A stretch of DNA of 63,950 nt, the filler included, from Reclinomonas americana ATCC 50394 (Eukaryota), in the NCBI GenBank assembly GCA_048213135.1. It is 7 parts of 3 records of this genome, joined end to end, with 100 filler letters (N's around TTAATTAATTAA, not from the genome) between each part and the next. Parts side by side here need not be neighbours in the genome. Positions count along the whole stretch, not along the records: positions 1 to 30,518 come from PS015027.1; positions 30,619 to 33,732 come from PS015027.1; positions 33,833 to 44,839 come from PS015028.1; 4 more parts are not named here. One strand, given 5' to 3'. The first letter of the stretch is position 1. Each line of letters opens with the position of its first letter. The translations under genes and the position numbers were made by a program. This document shows, one piece after another, positions 24,617-35,301 of the stretch. The notes beneath the pieces were generated by a model. That model ran no database searches and was not told where the DNA came from. It was given only the letters and a program-made list of their open reading frames with translations.

Positions 24617-25640
24617 TCACTCGCTCTCCTGTGATGAGATGTGCCGATGGGCACTCTCTGGCCGTCCTTGATCCCCAACGCTGGGGTCCTCGCCGGACGA
24701 GAGGCATACATGAGCACCGAGCACACTCTCCATGTGCTTCTCCTTGGCGGCAGACAGAGCGGCGAGCGACTGCAGCTCCGTCCACTGCGACGAATTCAGC
24801 GTGGAGGCGATGGACCGATGGCTCCGCTTGAAGGCCGAGGTGGCCGTGAGTCGCTCCACCGCTCGCGGACGTGCCGGCGTACGCTGCGAGTATCTCTCGT
24901 CCACTTCGTCCTCCTCCTCTTCTTCATCTTCTTCTTCTGGCCCTTCATCGTCGTCGCCATCGTCATCATCGCCGCACTTGCCGTCGACTGCGACCTTGGT
25001 CGGTGTGGCGGGGCGCAGGGAACGAGGGAGTCGATTCATGGCTGACTGTGCGCAGTACAAGCTTGGCGTGACTGAACTCTCGCCGCTGCCCTCGTACGGC
25101 GACGCCATGACAGCGAGTGAGGCCGACAGCGGTTGTGCACAGTCCACGTCTGTGTGGCGACAACACGGCATCAGGCACCAGCAGACAAGAAACGACAACG
25201 ATGCATCGCACCATCCTCGTCACTGCTGCCGTCACCGGCGGTGGTTTCAATGGATCCCGTCGGTGCTTGCCGACGCGGTCGACGATGCTCCACATCGTCG
25301 TCATTGTCGTCGTCACCACTGCCGTTTGCGTCCGAGGCGGCTGCGGCCTGTTCCTGCACTCTTTCTTCTGGTGTCGGGTCGACAACTGCGCCGCCGAGCG
25401 ACGCGTCGAGCTGAGTGGGAGGAACGATGGATGGCACGGGGGCCATCCGCGGACGCTACAAAAGACAGCATGAGAGATCAAGCTCACATTACTGTGCGAC
25501 ACACAAAGAGGGCCACGTACCACAATCACCAACGTCTGCGACACAGCATCGAGCCACTCATCTCCGAGAGAGGGAGGCCGGCGGCACACTTTCTTCTGCG
25601 TCGGCTGACCGTCACCCCCGGTGCCGATGCTGCATTGCAC

Positions 25641-25673
<33 letters not shown>

Positions 25674-27861
25674 TGCACACATGTCACTGTCCTCGCCGTG
25701 ACCGTCGCCTGTCATCTCATCTGCATATGGTGACAAAAGTGTCATGCATGGAGAAGCGACACGAAGCCGGATTGCTACAAGGCTACGCACCTGCGGGTCG
25801 CTTCCCGAGTACCGGTGACGGAGCCACGGTCGACAACATTTGTGTGCCAGAAGTGGAGCTCGATTCCTCGCCCTCATCGCCGTCCTCGCCCACTCCTCCT
25901 GCCTCTCCCTCTCCCTCTTCCTCTTCCTCCTCCAGCTCCTCTTCATCGTCTTGGTACATGGCGTCGTCGTCGTGCAGCCCCTCCACTTCGGCCATGCTTC
26001 CCTTCTCCTCGTGCTCCTCATCGGCGCGGAAACCGTTGCTGCCCACGAGGGGTATGGGTTGACACGGCAGCGGTGCGGCGGCTGCGTGCTGGACTGTTTA
26101 CATGAATATACCTCACGCGAGGCAGGCGCAGCGTGGCAACGTACCTGGGGTGGGTGGTGTTGGCTCCGTGGTAACCGTGTCCTCGGCGGGTGTCGCCATC
26201 TCCTCATCCTCCTCGTCCTCCTCCGGTTCCTGCTTCGGGCTCGACACCGCAGAGCCGCTCGACGCGCGCCTGTGAGGGGGAGGTGGTCTGGTAGAAAGTC
26301 AGCTCGGCGAGTGAAACATGAGCAAGGGCGAGTAACAAAAGCGTCACGCAACGGTACATCGCCGGGCGACAGAGGGCGTGCGGCCTTGGGAGCCAATGAC
26401 TTGTGTTCGTGGCACCACACACGGCACTTGCTCTTGTCCATCAGCAGTTGCGCGGCGCGTGCGCACGGCGCGTGAAAGGATCGACGACACTTTTTCACAT
26501 CGCACCCGACCGTCGCTCCTCGGTTGCGACACACGCTACAATTCTGCACAGCGCAAAAGAAAAATGAGCTGTTGCTTAAGGGGAAGAATGGCGCACGGAC
26601 ACGGCGGGTGACGCACCAAGCGCTTCGATCGGCTAATGGCGGCCTCCAGGTTGACCACACGGTTATTCTTCACGAAAACTTCGCTGCTCCAAAACGCACA
26701 TTCCTCGTGCACAAACACCTCCGACCCGTCGCCCAGCTCCACGGCACAGTCCGTGTTGCCGTTGCACAGCACGCACGGACCGTCCGCCTCTTCGCTGTCG
26801 GCCTGCATGTCCTCATCTTCTGAATCCGAGTCCTCTTCCTCCTCCTCCTCAACCTTCTTGGACTTTTTTGTCTTGGTCTGCGATCGACGGGTCTTTGTTG
26901 CCACGCGGCGCCTTGTTTTCTCGACGACGACATCCTCCTCTTCCTCCTCCGACTCGCTCTCTTCCTCCTGTTCGTCCTCGTCGTCGCCTCTCACTGCAGA
27001 AAGACCCGCAAAAGAAGAAGTGAGCGAAACACAGACTCAACGCACGCGCCACCTTTCGCGGCAACGCAACGCTGTCGGCGCTTGATGTTGGCCATGGAAA
27101 TGTCGCGAACAATGGCATTGCGCTGATTGAGCAGCCGCTGCGGTCAGAGGAGACAGGAGATGAGTAAGTCGGGGATGCTCTCGTGGCCATCCATGCACGC
27201 ACGCACCAGCAACTCCCTGGCCGGCGACGGCAGTTGCTCGGCGCGAGTGCTCCCCCCGGCGGCAGCGGTCTTTTTCGGCGTCGACACCGGCGTCGATGCG
27301 GGTGTCGACGAGGCCGACGGAGCTGCGGAGGACACCTGTGACGACGAGGCCGACGAGCACCGCGGTCGCACCAGCGGCGACTCCTCCCACTGCCGATGCA
27401 TGCTGGCGACGCGAGACTGCAACACTCGGTGCACCTGATCATGAGGAGGCGAGTGTTGAGCAAAAGACACCCACACGAAAGAGAGCGTGTGGGTGTGCGC
27501 GGAGACAAGACCTTGGAGGAGGACTGGCGTGAGGAGAGGCGTGGCACAGGGTCGCACACCCGCTGATCAAAGGTGCCATCCTGCACGTGAAACATGGGAG
27601 TGCCGCTTTGCTCATCCAGCTGCACTTCGACCTCGTGCATGGTGCCACACACACGCACAGAGGCCTTGAATCCCACGCGGTAAAGGAAGCACTCCTCCTC
27701 GGAGCTCTGTTGTTGTGTGCGGAGAATCTGAGAGGCAAGAAGAGAGAGAGAGAGAGACAACTGCACTCACGCACGTTTTTCAGCACAGCCCACCGCAGAG
27801 GGTTCTCAGCGGGGTGCATCCACGCCTCGCCGGAGCAGTGCACAACAGTGTCGTCAATCAT
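24617..27861 (-). CDS. Chromatin protein with FYR-N-like domain and extended PHD finger (zf-HC5HC2H), acidic low-complexity C-terminus
   Basis: FLYRVGFKASVRV...EVQLDEQSGTPMFHV resembles FYR-N; CVLC...VHEECAFWSSEV...NLEAAISRSKRL|NCSVCRNRGATVGCDVKKCRRSFHAPCA...VWCHEH is a canonical ePHD; the 3' end is approximate. Confidence 0.75.
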
Positions 27862-28425
27862 CCCGCGCGCACGCGCTCCAAGGCAGCGGAAAAAGGGGGG
27901 GTTTGCAGAAAAAGTGCGCGAAAATAAGAGGCGGCAAAACGCGAGTTTCGCGATTGTCCTTTCAATATCGGCGAGTGAAAACAGCCAGGGTGGTGCTTGT
28001 GCATGCACTGCGTCTCCGCTGTCTCTCCAGTCTTGCCATGGGAAAAGAGTTTGCAAATTCATTCGCGATTGATATCGAATTTATTTACGGTCGCGTGCAT
28101 TCTGAGTTGCAAGCCACCGCGGCGTGTCGATGTGCTGATGCATGGAGTTAGTGTGTACTACGTGTTTGTCATGATTTCCATTAATTCTTGCATGCACATG
28201 TGTGCGAAACAAGAGTACACGAGTGCTCATGAATTCGAAACTGACTGCGCTGCTACGCATGCAGTGGCCGCATGCACAGCACTCTGTGTGCATCACTGTG
28301 CTGCAGTGACGTCAACGCTACACGCCCTATTTGCCAAACTGAGTTACATGGCGACCTACACCTGCATCAGTCCGTTTCCACACACATAACTCCGCATGTA
28401 TTGATCTCTCTTCTTCTTGCATCCC

Positions 28426-29325
28426 ATGAGCACGCACGGACAACCCCCGGCTTACGGCGGCGCGTATCCCACACCAGCGGGGCCTCCACCTCAGTACGGG
28501 TACCCTCCTCCACCCGGACCCGCACCACAGTACGGCGCCTACCCACCGCCTCAATACGTATACGGCGGCGCCTACCCGCCTCCGCCTGGCCCTGCTGGCC
28601 AGTTCGCGCCCGCCGGTGCGTACGAGATGCGGCCCATGGCCACTCACGAAAAGGCCGTCATGTATCACGGCGAGTCGTCGTCGACTGCACCGGGCCCACG
28701 CACCACCTTCAAGATGAACGGGTCGGGCAGGGGTGGCGGAGGGATTGCACGCCCGGCCTCCACCGCCACGCGTCTCATCATTGACCTGTTCCCGCGCTCG
28801 TGCTGGTGCGGCGAGGAGGCGTATGGCATGTCGGAGGAGGACGCCAGCACAGTGCCGCCGCCACTCGCGCAGCGTGGCGTGACGCAGGAGGAGTGGACGC
28901 GACACATGGGCCACTTTCGCGACGATCTGCGCCGCGACAATGTGTCATGTTGCTGCCACTTGTGGTGCTGGATCGGCGGCCTCTCCAGCATGATTGGCCT
29001 GCCCTTCGTGTGCTGCCTCGGCCTCAAGCAGCAGCGCAACGCCAAGGCCAACATTGCCGCCTTCAACGCCGAAGTGCTCGAGCCGCGCGGCATGTACGCC
29101 AAGACGCAACGTTGCGATCTGGACGAGCAGTATGGCGACTATCACAAGCACGAGGATGTGTCGTGGCTGGCCATTGCTCTGACGCCCGAGGAGGCTGCAG
29201 CACTCAAGCAGGAGGAGCACATGTATTGCACGAACTCGTGCTCCAAGACCATGACCGCCAAGACCGAGTGCTGCTGCTACTGCTCATGCTGCAACTGGTG
29301 CTACTGCACGGAGGATGTGGTGTGA
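28426..29325 (+). CDS. Intronless protein: Pro/Tyr/Gly-rich N-terminus, ERF4/Golgin-A7-like central domain, Cys-rich C-terminus (probable palmitoylated membrane protein)
   Basis: Single uninterrupted ORF with strong coding codon bias; VPPPLAQRGVTQEEW...hydrophobic Cys-rich segment...IAAFNAEVLEPRGMY resembles ERF4/GOLGA7; tail ECCCYCSCCNWCYC. Confidence 0.55.
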   Translation: MSTHGQPPAYGGAYPTPAGPPPQYGYPPPPGPAPQYGAYPPPQYVYGGAYPPPPGPAGQFAPAGAYEMRPMATHEKAVMYHGESSSTAPGPRTTFKMNGSGRGGGGIARPASTATRLIIDLFPRSCWCGEEAYGMSEEDASTVPPPLAQRGVTQEEWTRHMGHFRDDLRRDNVSCCCHLWCWIGGLSSMIGLPFVCCLGLKQQRNAKANIAAFNAEVLEPRGMYAKTQRCDLDEQYGDYHKHEDVSWLAIALTPEEAAALKQEEHMYCTNSCSKTMTAKTECCCYCSCCNWCYCTEDVV

Positions 29326-29391
29326 GTGGGCAGGAGTGAATGAAACCGACGAAAGGTCCGACACAACTCCAAGTTTTTTTTGTTTTTCATT

Positions 29392-29918
29392 ATGAGCGGT
29401 GAGCACGCCCCCGCAGCAGCAGCGCCAGCCAAGAAGATGTGCTGTGCGTGCCCTGAGACGAAGAAGGTGCGCGACGCGTGCATTGTGGAGAAGGGCGAGG
29501 ATCGATGCAAGGATCTCGTGGAGGCGCATCTTGTGGTGCGTGCATGTCTGCGCATGTGTGGATGCAGATGTGATGCTCATCACATGTGTGTGTGCNNNNN
29601 NNNNNNNNNNNNNNNNNNNNNNNNNNNNNNNNNNNNNNNNNNNNNNNNNNNNNNNNNNNNNNNNNNNNNNNNNNNNNNNNNNNNNNNNNNNNNNNNNNNN
29701 NNNNNNNNNNNNNNNNNNNNNNNNNNNNNNNNNNNNNNNNNNNNNNNNNNNNNNNNNNNNNNNNNNNNNNNNNNNNNNNNNNNNNNNNNNNNNNNNNNNN
29801 NNNNNNNNNNNNNNNNNNNNNNNNNNNNNNNNNNNNNNNNNNNNNNNNNNNNNNNNNNNNNNNNNNNNNNNNNNNNNNGTGTGCGCAGTGTCTGCGTGCT
29901 GAAGGGTTCAAGGTGTGA
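29392..29918 (+). CDS. COX17: Mitochondrial cytochrome c oxidase copper chaperone COX17 (one intron containing an N gap)
   Basis: [44 protein letters not shown]: CCxC copper site plus twin CX9C. Confidence 0.95.
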
Positions 29919-30518
29919 TGGAGCGCGAGTGAGAGAGAGAGTCCGTGATAGAGTGTGAGCCTTGTCGTCGAGGTCAGTGAAGAGTGATGCAACAGCAGGG
30001 AGAAGGGAAATTGTTGCCTTCGAGCAATGCTCTCGTTGCATGGTGAAGTGGTGCATGTTTTCGTCACAACGATCGCGAGTGATTGTCGCTGTTTGATGTG
30101 TTGGAGCAGCAACAGGTGCACGCAGCGCAGCACTGGACGATCAGCTGCACCCCAGAGTGCCGATACGCATTCGCGCACTGGAGGAAGCTGTCTGTGCACG
30201 CCAACACTCTCACTGGTCGATGTCGTGGAGGCCCGTGGCCAGCTCCAGGCAGAGCTGTGCTGCCCACCAATACGGGTCGAACAATTAACACTCCAATCCT
30301 TGCATGCACTTGTGGAAAGGCAGGCTGCAGCTGTGATCATGCATGGACCGTCACTACGCACGTACGAGGAATGCAGAGCGCCGTCTACACAGTGCGGTAT
30401 CACAAGCTCGCACAGACAGGATCGATATCAAACCGACTGACTCATATGCATCATCACAACACTTTGCACTACAATGAGCACGCACGGCGCCTTTGACACC
30501 ACCTACGGTGGCACCTAT

Positions 30519-30618
30519 NNNNNNNNNNNNNNNNNNNNNNNNNNNNNNNNNNNNNNNNNNNNTTAATTAATTAANNNNNNNNNNNNNNNNNNNNNNNNNN
30601 NNNNNNNNNNNNNNNNNN
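30519..30618. other. Artificial scaffold spacer (N44-TTAATTAATTAA-N44); identical spacers at 33733-33832, 44840-44939, 50334-50433, 59566-59665 and 62762-62861
   Basis: Six identical 100-nt blocks with a palindromic six-frame-stop linker; genes are truncated at them. Confidence 0.97.
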
Positions 30619-31185
30619 GGAGGTGCGGCAACAGCAGCTGGAACCAGCGACACGGGCACAGGCGGAGGCAGAGTCGATGCCGAACCAGTGGACGCCCAAG
30701 AAGAAGCCGGCGCCGGTGCAGCAGCAGCAGCACCAGGTGGAGGCGCAGGTTGCACAATCACATAGTTGCGCAGGTACCCGTCCACTGTCTCCATGGCCTC
30801 GTTGCGGTTGATGAAGCTCTGACCGTGAATGCAGAACTGCAAAAGAAAAGGAAGAATTGTGTGACAGAAGAGTGTGTGTGTGAGAGAGAGTGTGTGTGTG
30901 TGTGTGTGTATAAGTACCAAGTAGTAGAGCTTGGTGCCGACGGGGAGGTTTGCCAGAGTGATTTCGCGCTTGTGCAACACCACTGGCGGCTTCGCATCCA
31001 ACAGCATGCGCGTCTCCAAAATCGGCATCTCTTGCGCTTGCCCCGGAGGCAACCACGAGCCAAACACAGCAAAGTCGTCGAGAACCGACGTCCAGAACGA
31101 GAGCGTCACTAAGAGAGAGAGAGAGAGAGCAGACTATAATTAGCCACATCTTGCAATTTTTGCTTGCGTTTTCTTTGTTTTCCAT
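30619..31185 (-). CDS. Unknown protein, 5' part (truncated at scaffold spacer)
   Basis: MENKENASKNCKMWLII|VTLSFWTSVLDDFAVFGSW...TKLYYL|FCIHGQSFINRNEAMETVDGYL with GT-AG introns; no recognised family. Confidence 0.45.
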
Positions 31186-31283
31186 TGTGTGCGCGTGCTC
31201 TGTGTGCATGTACCGTTTGCAGTCGCCATGAGACACGAACAATGCGCTCACAACGCACGCGGTAAAAGTGGGATTGTTGGCAA

Positions 31284-31477
31284 TGGACAGAAGACAGCCG
31301 TGCTCGCGTTGTCCATCTGTCCACCACCTACGCGCGCGCTTCTGTTAGTGTGTGCAGGATATCTCGTCGCGCGCGTCGTTTGTGGAGACAGCAGCGGTGC
31401 CGTTTGCAACATAGGCGCGTGACTTTGTTTTCGCCGTGGACAGAGGACAGCCGTGCTCGCTCTGTCCGTTTGTCCAC
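31284..31477. repeat. Two imperfect ~41-nt direct repeats (31284-31324, 31436-31477), each self-complementary, in a divergent intergenic region
   Basis: TGGACAGAAGACAGCCGTGCTCGCGTTGTCCATCTGTCCAC versus GTGGACAGAGGACAGCCGTGCTCGCTCTGTCCGTTTGTCCAC. Confidence 0.8.
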
Positions 31478-31514
31478 TCACTCACTTGCACGCACTTTTG
31501 TGTGTGTGTAAACA

Positions 31515-33333
31515 ATGTCATCTCGCTCGTCGTCTGTGGGAGGAGGAGGAGGCAGCAGTGGGCCTCCTCCTCGCAGCAGCAGTGTGGGTGGTGCTGCTGC
31601 TGGAGGAGGAGGTAGTGGAAGTGGCATGGACTTGGTGGATATGAGTGACAGTGCAGGGGCGCCTGACACCATTCGTCGCATCTTTGCGCTGCTTGTGAGT
31701 CGTTTACACAAGCCTTTGTGTGTGTGTGTGTGAGAGAGAGAAAGTGTCAGTTGTGAGCTCATTCTTCAATTTCTCAGGGCGGTGAAAGTGCGGTGTTGTT
31801 CAGCCGCGACCGCATTGCGGTGCATATCAGTGCCACTGGCGAGAACAAGATCTTTGGCACACTCATGATTGTGGAGGAGGTCTCTCTCTCTGTCTGTGCC
31901 ACAGCTCACATTCAATGATGATTGCTCACACATATGTTGTCAGGAGTGTCAGCCGATCTTTGTTTGGGCTCCTCAGTATGTGATTGAAGGAGGTATGTTA
32001 CTTCAGCAACTGTGTCTCTCCTCCTCTCCTCCTCTCCTCTCTTCTATTCTCCTCTCTTCTGTTCTCTCCTCTTCTCTTCCCTTCCTCTTCCCTTTCCTTC
32101 CTCTTCCCTTTCCTTCCCTTCCTCTTTCCTTCTCCTCTCTGCTCCTCTCCTCTTCTCCTCTCTGCTCCTCTCCTCTTCTCCTCTCTGCTCCTCCTCTCTC
32201 CTTTCATCTCTTTCTTCTATCCTCTCCTCTCCTCTCTTCTCCTCCCCCACTCTTCTCCTCTCCTCTCTTCTCTCCTCTCTTCTCTCCTCTCTTCTCTCCT
32301 CTCTGCTCCTCTCCTCCTCTCCTCTCCTCTCCTCTCCTCTCACCTCTTCCTCTCCTCTCCTCTCTTCTCCTCCCCTCTCTTCCTTTCTCCTCCCCTCTCT
32401 TCCCTCCTCTTCTCCTCCTCTCCTCTTCCCTTCCCTTCTTATCTCCTCTCCTCTTCCCTCCTCTTCCCTTCTCTTGTCCATTGTCGTCTCTCACTGTTGT
32501 CGGAGCAGCGGTGTCGCATCAGCAACCGCCGGCCAACATCACGCAGGAGATGTGGTACTCGGTGTGTTTCCCGCTCGCGCAGATCCGCTCGCTGTACCGC
32601 TCGTTCCCGTCCACTGGTGCGATGGGCGTCTTCCACTTCTCTCGCTCTCTCTATGTGTCTTTGTGTGTGCTCATTCAGGCGCGTGCAGGTGCCTCCAACC
32701 TCACGGTGACGTGCATCAGCGGCGAGTCGTACAAGTTCTACTTCCACGCCGGTGGACTGTATGAGCTGCTCAGCTTCCTGCGCAAGACCACGCAGCTGGC
32801 ACGGTGAGGCGTCGGTGGCACCCTTTGGTGTGTGTGGCGCTCCCCCTCCTGACGCGTTGTGTTGCTGTGGCGCGCAGGTCCAAGGAGGATCGCAATCTGT
32901 TCACGCTGCAGGGCTCATTAACGGACGCGATGGAGAAGAGTCTGCAGAGCATGAGTCTGGAGAGCTTCAGCACCGATGTGTACGAGGTGTGTGTTTTAAT
33001 AGGGGGAAGGTTGTCACAGCGTCTGTGGTATTCACAGGATCCCCCTCCTTGTGTAGAACAAGAAAAATCTCTCGTGGACTCTGCTCGACTGGGGCTCCTC
33101 AATCACCAAGCACGCCAAGACCATGCGAGGTGTGTTTACATCTCGGTGTCTCTGTACACCAGAGGCCTCACTCTTCTGCGATTGCAGACGCGGTGGTGGA
33201 AAAGACCAAGAAGCTGTTCAAGGCGCCAGGTGGCCGTGCTGGTGGATCGGGTGCGGCGGCCGGCGAAGATGAGGATGTGGATGGATTCGAGGTCATCAAC
33301 AATCCTGGTTCATTCCAAGACATGCTCGAGACA
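31515..33333 (+). CDS. N-terminal part of a TBC1D15/16/17- or SGSM-type Rab-GAP (PH-like Rab-binding domain); likely continues beyond the scaffold end
   Basis: VLFSRDRIAVH...IFGTLMIVE|..IFVWAP, YSVCFPLAQIRSL, YKFYFHAGGLYELLSFL..|SKEDRNLF match the PH-like N-terminal domain of these GAPs; probable donor GTTTCGT at 33334 leads into a CT-rich intron. Confidence 0.6.
32014..32475 (+). repeat. Intronic polypyrimidine (CTCTC/CTT) low-complexity tract; a similar tract lies at 33392-33732
   Basis: About 460 nt almost entirely C/T inside an intron of the TBC-type gene. Confidence 0.9.
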
Positions 33334-34118
33334 GTTTCGTCGTCGGTGCACTCCTCGCTCGCCGACGTTGATGAAGTTTTCTGACGAGCTGTCTTTTCTC
33401 TTTCTCTCTCGCCCTCCCTCCTCTCACATTCCCTCTTTCTCTTCCTCGCTCTCTCTCTATTTTCTCTCTCTCTCCGCCTCCCTGTTTGTCGCTCTCTTTT
33501 CCTTTTCCCTCTCTTCCACTCCCTCTCCCTCTCTCTCCTTCTGTCTTTCTCTTCCTCTCGCTCTCTCTTTCTCCCTTTCTCTCTTTCTCTCTCGCCCTCC
33601 CACACTGTCTCCTCTCACATTCCCTCTTTCTCTTTTATAATTTGTCTCTCCTTCTCCCTCTCCTCCCTCCCTCCCTCTCTCTCTCCCCCTGCTGTCTCCT
33701 TCTCCCTCTCCCTCCTTCTCCCTTTCTCTTCCNNNNNNNNNNNNNNNNNNNNNNNNNNNNNNNNNNNNNNNNNNNNTTAATTAATTAANNNNNNNNNNNN
33801 NNNNNNNNNNNNNNNNNNNNNNNNNNNNNNNNGAGCGTGCCCCACACGCGCCCCACCCGTGCCTGCCTGCCACACCACGGAGGGTCCCCGTGGCAGCCGG
33901 CGACCGCACAGACCACGCTGGGGACGCTGGGGGCTGCCACGGGGCCAACCATGCTCGATGACGCATGCACACACACAGAGCGAGGAACGCAGGCGACGAG
34001 AGGCACTGACAGCACGAGTGCACATGCAGTGGAAAGGGGAGAGGAGGACATGCGCAAGGAAAGTGGTGGTGGACAGCAAGACGACCAGTCAGACAACAGG
34101 GCAGGCGGGCGAACTCAC

Positions 34119-34196
34119 ATCCGACGCATTGCTGATCAGCTCCCTCAGGAACACCTCCTTGTTGCTGTAGAAGGTGTTGATGATCAGGCTCATCAA
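34119..34196 (-). CDS. HSP90: HSP90 N-terminal exon (inverted relative to the rest of the gene)
   Basis: [26 protein letters not shown] flanked by CAG acceptor and GTGAGT donor on the minus strand. Confidence 0.92.
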
Positions 34197-35301
34197 CTGC
34201 GAGCATTGGAAGAGAGGGAAAAAAAGTTAGAAAACACAGCNNNNNNNNNNNNNNNNNNNNNNNNNNNNNNNNNNNNNNNNNNNNNNNNNNNNNNNNNNNN
34301 NNNNNNNNNNNNNNNNNNNNNNNNNNNNNNNNNNNNNNNNNNNNNNNNNNNNNNNNNNNNNNNNNNNNNNNNNNNNNNNNNNNNNNNNNNNNNNNNNNNN
34401 NNNNNNNNNNNNNNNNNNNNNNNNNNNNNNNNNNNNNNNNNNNNNNNNNNNNNNNNNNNNNNNNNNNNNNNNNNNNNNNNNNNNNNNNNNNNNNNNNNNN
34501 NNNNNNNNNNNNNNNNNNNNNNNNNNNNNNNNNNNNNNNNNNNNNNNNNNNNNNNNNNNNNNNNNNNNNNNNNNNNNNNNNNNNNNNNNNNNNNNNNNNN
34601 NNNNNNNNNNNNNNNNNNNNNNNNNNNNNNNNNNNNNNNNNNNNNNNNNNNNNNNNNNNNNNNNNNNNNNNNNNNNNNNNNNNNNNNNNNNNNNNNNNNN
34701 NNNNNNNNNNNNNNNNNNNNNNNNNNNNNNNNNNNNNNNNNNNNNNNNNNNNNNNNNNNNNNNNNNNNNNNNNNNNNNNNNNNNNNNNNNNNNNNNNNNN
34801 NNNNNNNNNNNNNNNNNNNNNNNNNNNNNNNNNNNNNNNNNNNNNNNNNNNNNNNNNNNNNNNNNNNNNNNNNNNNNNNNNNNNNNNNNNNNNNNNNNNN
34901 NNNNNNNNNNNNNNNNNNNNGGGGTCCGGTTGCACATTTCCGCCCGAGCTGCACATGCACGCCTCCTCGCGCTGTTGTCTTCCGCCCACCCATGCATGCA
35001 GAAGCCTTGTCGTCGTGCACACTCGTGTGTATCTTTGCCTCTGTTGTGTGTGCAGCATCCCACCCCTCGTCGATGCGACTGGTGCAGTTTGCTGACGTGG
35101 CGTGTGTTGTCGATGGCGGTGCACATTTCCGCCACTCGTCGCATTCTTCCTCGTCCCGTTTCCTTGTCTCTCTCTCTTTCTCTCTGTTTCATGCACTCTC
35201 CTCACATCTCGAGTGGCTGCCTCCTGTCACGCTTTCTTTCTTCCCGGGGTTATTTTTAGTACTAGTTGCTGACGACAGCACACTCGTTTCTCCCATCGCA
35301 G

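Noticed and set aside
29950-30500. Possible minus-strand gene fragment after COX17
   Set aside because: Only short coding-like pieces; no consistent spliced model or motif could be supported.
30563-30574. Palindromic TTAATTAATTAA recurring six times, suggestive of a repeat or excision site
   Set aside because: Always centred in a fixed 100-nt N block; it is an artificial six-frame-stop linker between scaffolds, so adjacency across it has no biological meaning.
33334-33384. Apparent stop at 33384 giving a TBC-less Rab-binding protein
   Set aside because: GTTTCGT at 33334 fits the shifted donor class and is followed by a CT-rich tract up to the scaffold end, so the gene most likely continues elsewhere.
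31869-33788. Long Leu/Ser/Pro- and Glu/Arg-rich ORFs in the ORF track
   Set aside because: Translations of intronic CT-rich low-complexity DNA, not proteins.
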